A stretch of DNA of 32,000 nt from Candidatus Hermodarchaeota archaeon. Its GTDB lineage: Archaea > Asgardarchaeota > Heimdallarchaeia > Hodarchaeales > Hodarchaeaceae. Where the stretch lies: positions 90,001-122,000 of the forward strand of contig JBHLKY010000002.1 in assembly GCA_048886185.1 (NCBI GenBank), read 5' to 3'. The stretch's first letter is position 1; each line of letters begins with the position of its first letter. The translations under genes and the position numbers were made by a program. The notes beneath the pieces were generated by a model, which was not told the DNA's origin, ran no database searches, and worked only from the letters and a program-made list of their open reading frames with translations. This document shows, one piece after another, positions 23,501-32,000 of this stretch.

Positions 23501-26468
23501 CACGGATATCTCTTTTTTTCGGGGAAGAATCAGCAATTTCCTCGTTTTTTGTAGCTGAAGGGGGTAAGGGGGTTTGATATTCCCCTTCCTCTGCATTAAA
23601 AAAGATATCATCTTCTATATAATAACCACGATATCCCCCAAAGGGAAGAAAGTATCCAGGATAGAGATCGTACCACCAGAACCACCAATATCGTTGTTGA
23701 TTCTTCCATGAAACAACCGTCCAAACTGAAGGCCAGTACTCTTGATCTTGAAAATGTTCTTGTTCAGTTTCGGGATCTGCTTGGACACCAAACACTGAAC
23801 TGTCAATGAAAGAGACAACTAGAACTGTAGGGACAGGTTGATGGTTTGCATCATAAACTTTGATAATAACTGTTGCTTGGTCACCTGGTTCATACACTGA
23901 TTTATCGGAATTGATTTCGACCAGGAGAGATGCATCGATTTCAATATCAAGGCTTGTTTCAAGGATTGTACCATCATTAAGGATGGCAAAAGCATACACC
24001 CAACACCGTGGGGCTAGAAAATAGATATTCTCAATTTCAATATTAAAATCTGAAACAGAAGATACATCAATATACTCAGTAATGACTATTCCTTTTTTGA
24101 TGAATTGAATCATTATTGGAATATTTGTCTGTCCCTGAATCTGTCCAGAAATAGTAAGGCTATCAGTTAAAGCGTAAGAGGACTTATCAGGAGTGAGAGA
24201 AATCTCATTAGCAGACCCAACATGAAATTCGACTGTTTCGGAGTAACGATAATATCTCCATGAACCATATTCACTATCAAATATTGTCTCCAAGTAACAA
24301 TATATGAAGTATTTCCCATTTGGAGCATAAGAAGTAAGATGAAAGTTGATAACACTGCCTTGAGAGGATACATCCATAAGAACCTCTCCAATTAAATCGT
24401 AATCGGAATCAAAGATCCTTAATTGTAAGCTTCCTGCAATTAAAGTGTTTGATACAACATTACGAATTGCAACTTTAAATTCTATTGTTTCCCCTGCTTC
24501 GTATATTCGAGGATCAAGATCTACTTCTAAAGCATTTCTATCAACTGTGAAGTAAAATGTTGATGATTCTTCTCTGCCGTCTCCAGCATTCACTTCCACC
24601 AATCCTTTAAATCGGTGATAAGAAATATACACAGAAGTGGGTAAGTTGAATTCTATCATTCCTTGCCCGTTAAGATCAGTTTTAGACTCGAATGTGGTAA
24701 TATATTTATAATTTGTATCCGATATCACCCCATAGATCTTAATATCTACCTCTGCATTGGTTAAAGGACGCCAATCCCACCAGTACCACCCTCGATTTGA
24801 ATATTGATAGGCACCGAAATACACTGTAATATTCTCTTCAAGTTTAGGAAACCATGGATTCACGTAAGCCCAGACATAGACTTTATCCGTGATCTGAACA
24901 ACTGTAGAGCTTGAAACTTCTCGATCTACTGTGTCTTTTACTGTAACATTAATTGGAATTTCGCTTATTCCTTCAAGAGATGATTCGCTTGGCAATCTAT
25001 ATTTAAAATCCCAATATCCATCAATATCAGTTGTTCCACTAAGAACATCTAAATCTGCGATTGCTAGCTCCACCTCGGCACCAGAAACCGGTTTACCAAA
25101 ATAATACTCTGCAGTAACATTTCCAGAAACTATGTTACCTGGCGCAACATATTCCTGATTTAAACCGATACCAACTCGGAAGGATGGTTTTTCATACTTG
25201 TCAACCCGAATTGAGACCGAACTAACTAGATCCTCTTTTTGAGTAACGATGTAATAACTTCCCAACTCACTTTCTGTATCCAAAGTGAATGAATAAGTCG
25301 CAATACCATGAGAGTCAGTTGTTACTTGCCGATGGAGCAAAATATGTTGAGAGGGAGATAAGAATTTCAAAATAAACGAGGTTTGTGCTGGTTCCTTTGT
25401 AACTTTAAGGTAATCATTTTCCCATAAAAGAATTCGAGCTTGAATTGTTTCTCCAGGGGAATATATAGGCTTATCCGTTGTTACAATGAATTCATACTTT
25501 TGATATTCAGTATATCCATCCCGTCCCCAGTAATAACCCCCACGATAAATATCACGAGATACATAGACTGTTTCATCATTATAACTAGCACTTAGATTAG
25601 CTAGAAAGTTATAATTATCAGAAATACTACTAGGTGGTATGAAATCTATTTCTACTATTCCTTGATCATTTGAAATACCAGTGAATAGGTCTTCAGTTTG
25701 AACCTCATAGGATTCAATACTGTAATTATAATCATAGATAACTCCTGATAATTCGATTTCGGCACCTGCAATAGGAGAAAAGTCTGAAGTACTAAGGACA
25801 TAGGCTACTGAATAATGATGTTCATCCCTGACAAATTCACTTGAAACACGCCAGAAAAGTCCAATATTAGCCACAGTAAAAGATCTTGTGTCTATATAAT
25901 ATCCAGATGATGAACGAACCACAATAGAGTAACGTCCAGTGGAAGGAGGATTGAATTGTCCTTGATACTCACCATCAGATCCTGTTGTTATTAGCTCACT
26001 TGAAATTATTCGATCCTCATATGGTATGTATTCTTCTAACCACCTAAAGTACCATCCCCAATACTCCCCTCGAATAATATCTAAATCGAGGGTCTCACCA
26101 GGAACAGGTTCTAAACCCTTTGTTACTTGTATAACATAGTTAAGGGGGGTTCCAGGAGAAACCACTTGTCTCTCCAAGTCTATGTTTATGATTGTTGATT
26201 GACTCTGGACTTTTTGCGACAAAGAGAGATCAGCGGATACATTATTCGAATTTAATGGGCCTGGGTTGAAGTTATTTTGGATTATTGAGTATTTAGAATC
26301 CTCAATTGGCCGAATTTCTCGTTCAACATCAAAATAAGGCCTTTCTTGAAGTATATTAGTATAATCATCCATTATTTCATTATTTATAGATTGGGAGAAC
26401 CCAATAGTGTAAAATATGTTAAAATTAAGGAGTAATAATAATAAAAAACTTAGAAACTTCTTTTTCAT
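20586..26468 (-). CDS. Alpha-2-macroglobulin/thioester-protein family, secreted and C-terminally membrane-anchored
   Basis: Signal peptide MKKKFLSFLLLLLL. MG-domain motifs TTDKPIYSPGE, DKYEKPSF, YYFGKPV and SDKSVYEPGD. IRDNLPENAYW, LPDTIGEW, thioester YPYGCTEQ, QHRDGGWGWW, GWGNTADT, MLEDNIPIGFE, PAKLSSMYD. Then an Ig-like domain, a TM helix and a basic tail. Start is probably ATG 26468 (alternatives 26483, TTG 26501). Confidence 0.92.
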   Translation of the reverse strand: MKKKFLSFLLLLLLNFNIFYTIGFSQSINNEIMDDYTNILQERPYFDVEREIRPIEDSKYSIIQNNFNPGPLNSNNVSADLSLSQKVQSQSTIINIDLERQVVSPGTPLNYVIQVTKGLEPVPGETLDLDIIRGEYWGWYFRWLEEYIPYEDRIISSELITTGSDGEYQGQFNPPSTGRYSIVVRSSSGYYIDTRSFTVANIGLFWRVSSEFVRDEHHYSVAYVLSTSDFSPIAGAEIELSGVIYDYNYSIESYEVQTEDLFTGISNDQGIVEIDFIPPSSISDNYNFLANLSASYNDETVYVSRDIYRGGYYWGRDGYTEYQKYEFIVTTDKPIYSPGETIQARILLWENDYLKVTKEPAQTSFILKFLSPSQHILLHRQVTTDSHGIATYSFTLDTESELGSYYIVTQKEDLVSSVSIRVDKYEKPSFRVGIGLNQEYVAPGNIVSGNVTAEYYFGKPVSGAEVELAIADLDVLSGTTDIDGYWDFKYRLPSESSLEGISEIPINVTVKDTVDREVSSSTVVQITDKVYVWAYVNPWFPKLEENITVYFGAYQYSNRGWYWWDWRPLTNAEVDIKIYGVISDTNYKYITTFESKTDLNGQGMIEFNLPTSVYISYHRFKGLVEVNAGDGREESSTFYFTVDRNALEVDLDPRIYEAGETIEFKVAIRNVVSNTLIAGSLQLRIFDSDYDLIGEVLMDVSSQGSVINFHLTSYAPNGKYFIYCYLETIFDSEYGSWRYYRYSETVEFHVGSANEISLTPDKSSYALTDSLTISGQIQGQTNIPIMIQFIKKGIVITEYIDVSSVSDFNIEIENIYFLAPRCWVYAFAILNDGTILETSLDIEIDASLLVEINSDKSVYEPGDQATVIIKVYDANHQPVPTVLVVSFIDSSVFGVQADPETEQEHFQDQEYWPSVWTVVSWKNQQRYWWFWWYDLYPGYFLPFGGYRGYYIEDDIFFNAEEGEYQTPLPPSATKNEEIADSSPKKRDIRDNLPENAYWSPNVIVEDGQLEIELPLPDTIGEWTVRVVATTDSGKGVLSKYSFKTFLPFFVEINKEPFVLQDEVFVLKGIVYNYLEALVNITLELETESGILTLGRNTQSLMLPSGFLGSIGWSCLAQDIGIFNVTLYGDTTMDATRYEDAIRKPLEIIPNGVTSDFKTSGFISSDPSFSYIRYSESVQQSEFLELSLGLGSIALTSWERLLNYPYGCTEQTISCLIPDALILKYLEKIDQLTDETEEIIRDMVVSGLSRIYSQQHRDGGWGWWHDDSSRVYMTSLVLYGLGIVNKSGFYIDPNVVSDAIDMLRSHQNQDGSWTPDSWRGIDQTSFTGFVLRSILQWVDVLDSTTTITDAVTYISAAWNDIDKRSTYLAGLYLDSVPGSGFGQSSFEITLLNYLKNEVRLSSIGYYWTYSSDEHYWRALGGDVEITALALKGLVVNDPAASMPIIRSAIQWLLQRQSWYGWGNTADTVAAISTIIALSESEISSDEDAKVTLVVNDNLIENYSLSTSSQPTYYIDLERYLRAGENHIELMKEGLGNVSYYFHGNQILRSLPSISLPTKLSSYHGQQVTLPVTMIPISSNVFAYNLSIVPLDGELTPTINQPYSITHLTQQTEIRFNYNSPSQSGIYEIPGFEISYQLSNGDLTQFSPGIITRKYGPVQLEVSNPAGGIILGISSVPINPLTINIKNSKLKTDSSTEIELDRSYSKVNGLKKGELIYVTLTVNNYKEVENFLMLEDNIPIGFELDENTIKHLTGTYQITATGITFFFPELKIGSTEIKYGLVVMNVRQSLVSPAKLSSMYDDWVESSSAEILGDTRVPIDPSTGAVIKDLQIPILESIILEETLLASKGVLDIEVTASDNWGIASVRVFIKQSSWKVFECSEDQETWKVLATGLNDGESQIYLEIIDLAGNVLVTESFKQFIEIEDLVVPVFSIIGLIIVATITGTSASLIVRKRFREQSWR

Positions 26469-26674
26469 ATCTTTTCCACTCATATTTAGGTTTATGCGCA
26501 ACTCTGAATTATTTGATGTTTAGACGCTCCTTAGATAAAATACCAAGCATTAGAACATCCTCTTACTTTGTGTTCGAATTTTTAGAAAACATTAGAATCA
26601 AAGTGGAAAGACTTGCAGAATGATTAAATATCCCAAACAAATGGTAGAGCGATTTTTATTTGTTGATATGCTAA

Positions 26675-29275
26675 CTATTTGAAAAAAACTGTTAATGGGA
26701 TGATGAATGCCCCTTGTTGAGCCTCGCTTTCCCTTATTTGAATACCAAAACGACTACTAGCTCCCAATATTTCCCTCACATAATGCATTCGGTCAATTAA
26801 TTTCTTTCCATCACGAAAAACGTCTGGGTGATAAGCTCTACGATATTGGGGCTCATTAGGAGAACCTTTGGCTATTATGTAAGGAAATCCATCCCATTTC
26901 TTCCATTCTAATTCAGGATCCAAACCTAATTGTTCACAATAATGCAGAAAAGCACCAATAGCGGGAGTCTTTGATCTATACTTTGCTGGAGATCGTCGTA
27001 ATGGACCCCTGATTGTTAAATCTTTTATTAACATTGTAACTGAATTGCTTAGAATGACACGACTAATGTTAAAAATCACTCTACGCGCATGTTCTCTTCG
27101 CTTATCAGATAAATCAGTTAAGAGTGCCTCAAGGAGCTCTCGTTGTGCTTTTCTTGCTAGAGGTGACCAGTCAGATCTGACAGCTTCAAAACCTCTAATA
27201 ACAATATTATTTGTAAGCAAAGAATCGTAAGCATAAGCCTTTTTTCGACCCTTCTTCAGAATAATCCTTGAGGCTACATCCTCAAGTTGTAATTCGAGGA
27301 ATTCTGGTAATTTTTGCGATAAGAAATAACGGTATTCATCAATTGCTGCTAATAACCGACTCTGTTTCTGGATCCTTATTGTTTGTGCTGAATCAGTCTG
27401 AAAGTCAACTAAACTCAGATTTGGTATTACAAATTCTATGAAAATTGAATCTGTATCACCATATCGAAGTAACACATCATAGCGTTGTTTTTTCGAGAAC
27501 TCATTCGTCCATTTCTCCAATTTATCACTTAAAAGCTCTCGAGCGATACCTGTTATACTATTTGCTATTATATGGTGATAAAATCTTCCTCGTGGATAAT
27601 TCGATGCACCTAACAGAGAATTGGCCATTAATTTCAATGATCGTTGTCTTTTCTCAAGAATATCTATATTTTGAGCAGTTTCATGCCTTTCATCCTTCTT
27701 TATCTTTTGAATTTCTTCCTGTGTTTGATATCGCTGTTTCAAAATTCGATCCATTAGGATAGCTAGTGCACCACGAGGCTCTTTTTTAAATCTTTGATCT
27801 GGAGGTAATGATTCCGAGTTTACCAAAAGAGTTTCTCCAGAAATATTATGTGTTCTAACAATATTAGGGTACAATGAACGAAAATCTAGAATCGCAACAA
27901 ATGTAGCTTCATTAACAGAAGGATCAATAACCCACCCCCCCAGGTGAGGATATTTTCGACCAAACTCCTTCCTTGCTTTTAATTCAGATGAAGTTGGTTT
28001 AGAGGGGATAAATATATCTTTTGAATAGAGAATCCTCATCAACTCTAGCTCCCCAATATTCCGACTTGTTGAAAGAATACCTTCAGGCAGTGGATAACCT
28101 GTTAATCGACACAATTCGATAGAATTTGATACTCCTAACTCTGTAGCTAGCTGAAAAGTAAGAATTGCATCTTTCAAAGAATAATCTCGAAACAATTGGG
28201 CATCTTCTTGATTTCCTTTAACCCCACTTCTCCATAGTTCCCCTAATTCTTTATTCAGCTTTACTTTTGATTCACCAAGAACCTCTTCTGAAATGGAATC
28301 TAATGTTTTTTGCCCGCTAACAGGATGAATTCCCCAGGTTCGTGGCATTAGGTCTACAATAGCACGTCCTTTTAAACGGTAACTTTCGACAGGTATATCT
28401 GACTTGATTATATCGTTCTGTATACCTGGGAAAAATGCTAGTTCACCTAGTGTCTTGTTATATCTTGCTAACCGAGCTATTAAATAGGGAATGTCAAAAA
28501 ATGTTCCATTAAAAGAAAGTAAAATATCAGGTTGTTGTTGTTTTACCGTAGTTAAGAATTCGTTCAATAAAGCTAATTCAGCTTTATTGGTGTCTTTTTC
28601 AAGAATGATTACTTTAGAGATCGGAGTCTCTCTTTCTAACGTACCCCAAGCCATAGATATGGCTGTGACTCTTCCTTTCTTTTCATGCAACAACTCATGT
28701 ATAGTCTCCCCCTCTTTATAATCAACTTCAATATCAAAAGCAAAAAGAGAAGGTTGATAATCACTGGATTTTTCTGAATTTTGTGAAACATTTTCATATG
28801 AAGCTTCAATAAATAGTGCATCATTTTCTTGTCGTATTATCGTACCTTGAACTGTGATAGGATGTAAGGCCCGTAAATTCCTATCAATTAAAAATCGACG
28901 AGTAAAGGGAATATCTGCTTCATGGACTTCAATTCCAGCTTTTAAAAAGACTCTCTTAACCTCTGGAACAAGGAAAGGGACATTTCCTATTACTTTTGTT
29001 ACACTTCTTGTAGATCCACCAAAAAAAGTTTGTTTTTCATAACGAAGAGTTTTTACAAGCCAATCTTTAGTCTGTGCTCTCTCCTCTGCTAGAATAGCTT
29101 TAATTTTTTCTTCAGAAGCTTCCACAAAGAAGTATGGTAAGAACCCATGAACTCTGACTTCAACTCGTTGGCCATTTGATCGGCCCCAGAGACGAAGAAT
29201 AGGTAATTTTACCCCATTCTTTATCTGAATCTCATAATCAGCGTCTAGTAGGAAAAAGTCTATCGACGTAGTCAC
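26675..29275 (-). CDS. polB: Family B DNA polymerase with 3'-5' exonuclease domain
   Basis: ExoI FDIEV, ExoII FNGTFFDIPYL, ExoIII YSLKDA. Motif A DFRSLYP, motif B KLMANSLLG (Tyr->Leu), motif C YGDTDS, KKAY and RGFEAVRSDW. Confidence 0.95.
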   Translation of the reverse strand: MTTSIDFFLLDADYEIQIKNGVKLPILRLWGRSNGQRVEVRVHGFLPYFFVEASEEKIKAILAEERAQTKDWLVKTLRYEKQTFFGGSTRSVTKVIGNVPFLVPEVKRVFLKAGIEVHEADIPFTRRFLIDRNLRALHPITVQGTIIRQENDALFIEASYENVSQNSEKSSDYQPSLFAFDIEVDYKEGETIHELLHEKKGRVTAISMAWGTLERETPISKVIILEKDTNKAELALLNEFLTTVKQQQPDILLSFNGTFFDIPYLIARLARYNKTLGELAFFPGIQNDIIKSDIPVESYRLKGRAIVDLMPRTWGIHPVSGQKTLDSISEEVLGESKVKLNKELGELWRSGVKGNQEDAQLFRDYSLKDAILTFQLATELGVSNSIELCRLTGYPLPEGILSTSRNIGELELMRILYSKDIFIPSKPTSSELKARKEFGRKYPHLGGWVIDPSVNEATFVAILDFRSLYPNIVRTHNISGETLLVNSESLPPDQRFKKEPRGALAILMDRILKQRYQTQEEIQKIKKDERHETAQNIDILEKRQRSLKLMANSLLGASNYPRGRFYHHIIANSITGIARELLSDKLEKWTNEFSKKQRYDVLLRYGDTDSIFIEFVIPNLSLVDFQTDSAQTIRIQKQSRLLAAIDEYRYFLSQKLPEFLELQLEDVASRIILKKGRKKAYAYDSLLTNNIVIRGFEAVRSDWSPLARKAQRELLEALLTDLSDKRREHARRVIFNISRVILSNSVTMLIKDLTIRGPLRRSPAKYRSKTPAIGAFLHYCEQLGLDPELEWKKWDGFPYIIAKGSPNEPQYRRAYHPDVFRDGKKLIDRMHYVREILGASSRFGIQIRESEAQQGAFIIPLTVFFK

Positions 29276-29328
29276 TCTAAATTACACCGAATAAGAAACC
29301 ATTCTTCTATACTTCCTGAACAAATCTC

Positions 29329-31284
29329 TTAAGTTCTATACTTTATGGCAAGGAAGTTAATAACTTCTGCCGCATCTTCAGCAGAGTCAGCAGCCTGTTC
29401 TATCATGTTGATAACATCTTTTATGGCGTACCATGTACCATAATGCAAGTCTCGCGACAAAATAAAGAGATGTTTACTCATGATTTGATATAACAGATCA
29501 AGATCAGATTCTCGATCACGGACGGTCTGATAAACTCCTGTGACTGCATCTATTTTTATGTCAAGGACTTGAAGGATATCAACAGTGGTTCGTACTAGTG
29601 ATCGTAGGGCGATAGAAGCATCATGTAGTTTTTCTTGAATTAAAGGAGGAATCTCTTCAATTGGGATTAATTGAATCCGATATAAGGCACCTAAGGATAA
29701 TCCGGCAACCCGATCTAAGCGTCGAGCAATTCTTAAAAAGTTTTCGGCATCAGGAGTTCGGTGAAGACTATGGTAGGATTGAACAGCTATTTCCTCTAGC
29801 TGACGATCAGCTTGGAGTTCCAAATCCTTTGCTCGAGTAGTATACCTTATTAATCTATGCTCAAAAGAAGTAATCTCCATAGCTTCCTGTTCTAGATATA
29901 CTAACAGGCCCTTTGTAGCTTGAATTACAGATTGTTCCACTATCCGAGCATGTTTTAATGTTGTCTGGAATTGAGCCCAACCTGGTCTAGTTTCACGTAC
30001 AATAACTAAACTAATCGCACCAATTAAGAGTAGCAATCCTGCAAAAGTTAAAGGAATCCGAAGCACCTGTTCCAATCGCGGATTAGAATCGTACCATAGT
30101 TGTGCTACAAATCCAGCCAAAATTGGACCAGTTAAATAACCAAGATCCTTGATAGCACGATAAAGGCCAATAATCTTTGGTTTTTCAGCTTCAGGTGAAA
30201 TATCAACCGAAATTGATGGTAACACTGGATAGTACAGGCCAACACCAATACCTCCTGAAGCTGAAAGTATGAAAAGAATGAAAAAGGGAGAGCCTCCTCC
30301 TTGTAATCCTAGCAAGGCAAATGCTTCTAGACAAAGGCCAATCAGTATGGGAGTTTTTCGACCTATTCGATCACTTATACGACCTGCAAATGGCATTATC
30401 AAAGCCCAAGAAAGCGTAAAAATAGCTGTGATCAACCCGGTAGCTTCAATCGAAAAACCATAACCGTATACGGTACTACTTAAAAGTAAGGGGAGGAATA
30501 AAACAATGATACTATCCGCCATTTTACTTATATGACCATTTAGACAAGTAATAATCACTGTTGGTCTTAATACAAGGTTCCTAAATCGAATTGGGGTCTG
30601 GGGTTTCTCAATTAGTGTACGAAGCTTTTCTAATTCTTCCTGAGTTTCAGATTTGACCCTAGATTGTACAGCTATAATGGCAGTCATCAAACCAATAATA
30701 GAAATAATAGCTGAGAATGTAAACGCTGTTGATGTCTCTGCTGTTATCATAGTTATCATACCAGCCCCCAAAGCTCCAAAAGAATACCCTCCATAAACTG
30801 AGAGTTCCATAATGCCCATCCATTGAGCGCGTCGGGCTGCCTTACTGACATCCGACAGATATGTCATAGCTCCAGCATAAAGAAGACCCTCACCAGCACC
30901 TAAGATAGAGTTTCCAAGACCAAGAAATAAAGGATCCCCATTTGACAGAAGAAGGGGAAAGGCTCCAATTACAAAACAACCTGCTCCAGAAACAATTATC
31001 TTTTTTGTACCAACCCGAGTTGAATACACTCCAGTAAAAGCACCCGCTAAGGCCTTAAATAATCCAAATCCTGATAAAGTAAACGCGATAGAAAGCCAAG
31101 TCCAATTTTCAAACCATTTCGAAAATTCAAGTTGTTCTTCGGCGAATGTTGATAGAATAGTTCTTTGAACACCATAAGCAGAAGCAACGAAAAAAAGAAC
31201 ACTCAAAATACCAAATATTAATAATATTCGGCTTCTACCTTTCTCATTGACTGTTGCTTTTCCAAGATTCCATTTGTCTGTCAT
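29329..31284 (-). CDS. MFS transporter fused to a C-terminal DUF47/PhoU-like domain
   Basis: ~12 hydrophobic segments with motif-A loops (TRVGTKK; SDRIGRK), then ~210 soluble helical residues with ELQAD, ESDLD and IEQAADSAEDAA, in one uninterrupted frame. Confidence 0.82.
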   Translation of the reverse strand: MTDKWNLGKATVNEKGRSRILLIFGILSVLFFVASAYGVQRTILSTFAEEQLEFSKWFENWTWLSIAFTLSGFGLFKALAGAFTGVYSTRVGTKKIIVSGAGCFVIGAFPLLLSNGDPLFLGLGNSILGAGEGLLYAGAMTYLSDVSKAARRAQWMGIMELSVYGGYSFGALGAGMITMITAETSTAFTFSAIISIIGLMTAIIAVQSRVKSETQEELEKLRTLIEKPQTPIRFRNLVLRPTVIITCLNGHISKMADSIIVLFLPLLLSSTVYGYGFSIEATGLITAIFTLSWALIMPFAGRISDRIGRKTPILIGLCLEAFALLGLQGGGSPFFILFILSASGGIGVGLYYPVLPSISVDISPEAEKPKIIGLYRAIKDLGYLTGPILAGFVAQLWYDSNPRLEQVLRIPLTFAGLLLLIGAISLVIVRETRPGWAQFQTTLKHARIVEQSVIQATKGLLVYLEQEAMEITSFEHRLIRYTTRAKDLELQADRQLEEIAVQSYHSLHRTPDAENFLRIARRLDRVAGLSLGALYRIQLIPIEEIPPLIQEKLHDASIALRSLVRTTVDILQVLDIKIDAVTGVYQTVRDRESDLDLLYQIMSKHLFILSRDLHYGTWYAIKDVINMIEQAADSAEDAAEVINFLAIKYRT

Positions 31285-31470
31285 TGGAAGCGTCTCTCTT
31301 ATGATGATTGAAACTAGCTTTCATAATCATACTTAATATTTTTTTTGAAATCAGTAAGAAATCTAATCTTTTAAAAGAGTAGATAAATCACAGTACGATG
31401 ATCTTCCAGAAGTAGATAGTATACTAAGCAAATGAACACCAAATTAGGAGCCCTATAGGATGTATTTGAC

Positions 31471-31495
31471 AAAAAAGTTGGAAAAAAAGAGAAGA
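31471..31495 (-). terminator. Pyrimidine/oligo-T tract, probable terminator
   Basis: Minus strand contains T7 and T6 runs 25-40 nt after the tandem stops TGA TAG of the upstream gene. Confidence 0.35.
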
Positions 31496-31511
31496 GGGGA
31501 AATTATTCCTA

Positions 31512-32000
31512 TCAAGGAGCTTTCCCTGTATCATAACTTCCTCGAGATACGATATCGATGAAACGAACAATGATAAACAATTCTACAACGCCTACACCAA
31601 TACCAAGAGTAAATAGAATAATAAATATTAGAAAATATAACTCATCACCAGTTATTCCTTGTGATGCAATTACAAAAATCCCTGCAAAAAAGGTGTAGAA
31701 CCCAAGAAAGAACGAATATAAGAGGATTTTTCTGTGAAAACCAACTTTATATCCTGCTAGTCTTTTCTCACCGATTATAATTTTGCTTAGTATGCTATTA
31801 AAGCGTAAATAAATCAAATTGGCCTTATTGAATCCTTTATGGGGTGTGGTCACCAGAACCCTAAATAACTTAACGATAACAGAAAAAACAGCCGAAACAA
31901 TTCCAGTTTCGGAAATGATAATCCAGATAGCTGCAATAATGACTCCAATAACACCAATACCCAAGAATAATCCCAAAGGATGGTCAGTGATCAATTTAAT
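31512..32000 (-). CDS. Membrane protein, C-terminal part (5' end beyond the window)
   Basis: The frame is open to base 32000 (ATT AAA TTG ATC...), so the TTG at 31994 is probably not the start. At least three hydrophobic helices. Confidence 0.7.
   Translation of the reverse strand: MKLITDHPLGLFLGIGVIGVIIAAIWIIISETGIVSAVFSVIVKLFRVLVTTPHKGFNKANLIYLRFNSILSKIIIGEKRLAGYKVGFHRKILLYSFFLGFYTFFAGIFVIASQGITGDELYFLIFIILFTLGIGVGVVELFIIVRFIDIVSRGSYDTGKAP

Noticed and set aside
557-28824. Short overlapping ORFs from the track (e.g. 557-799, 1257-1442, 3393-3716, 3442-3648, 4288-4527, 4305-4532, 4695-4982, 5133-5366, 6076-6258, 8131-8343, 9319-9501, 11185-11379, 13116-13307, 13875-14270, 15767-16012, 17214-17399, 17801-18004, 20013-20370, and those inside A2M, PolB and MFS)
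   Set aside because: They lie antisense or out of frame within well-supported genes and have no recognisable motifs.
26675-29275. PolB as the marker of a casposon, pipolin or provirus
   Set aside because: No Cas1, integrase, capsid gene, terminal inverted repeats or compositional break is seen. The size and motifs fit a cellular RNA-primed PolB.
1-32000. tRNA, rRNA, CRISPR arrays, IS elements, replication origin
   Set aside because: No cloverleaf-like GC-rich segments, regularly spaced repeats, transposase motifs, cdc6/orc1 gene or ORB-like repeats were seen by eye. Small structured RNAs in the 350-560-bp intergenic regions cannot be excluded without a covariance-model search.

Overview
AT-rich, gene-dense archaeal chromosome segment, most likely from an Asgard archaeon (Heimdallarchaeia-like). 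This is inferred from a Rab-like small GTPase with all five RabF motifs, a tandem Roadblock/LC7 protein, archaeal type II GAPDH, a Bat-type HTH regulator and GGTGA/GGAGG Shine-Dalgarno sites; it was not confirmed by any search. About 24 genes are supported, two of them cut by the window edges (an EamA transporter missing from the ORF track at the left, a membrane protein at the right). I saw no rRNA, tRNA, CRISPR array, transposase or integrase. Most notable: (1) a ~1960-aa alpha-2-macroglobulin-family protein with an intact GCTEQ thioester, a Trp/Tyr-rich bait region and a C-terminal membrane anchor; (2) a PIG-B/Gpi10-like GT22 mannosyltransferase; (3) a divergent RtcB-fold protein with altered metal ligands; (4) two tandem paralogous long-wing winged-helix proteins, the second abutting gap; (5) a wHTH / coiled-coil-wHTH / MinD-ParA cassette; (6) a double-Roadblock / TPR / Rab module with apparently inactive nuclease-fold domains; (7) a PolB with Tyr->Leu in motif B; (8) an MFS-DUF47 (PhoU-like) fusion; (9) a Pro-rich protein ending in a WH2-like helix-LKKI motif. 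All family calls come from motif recognition by eye.
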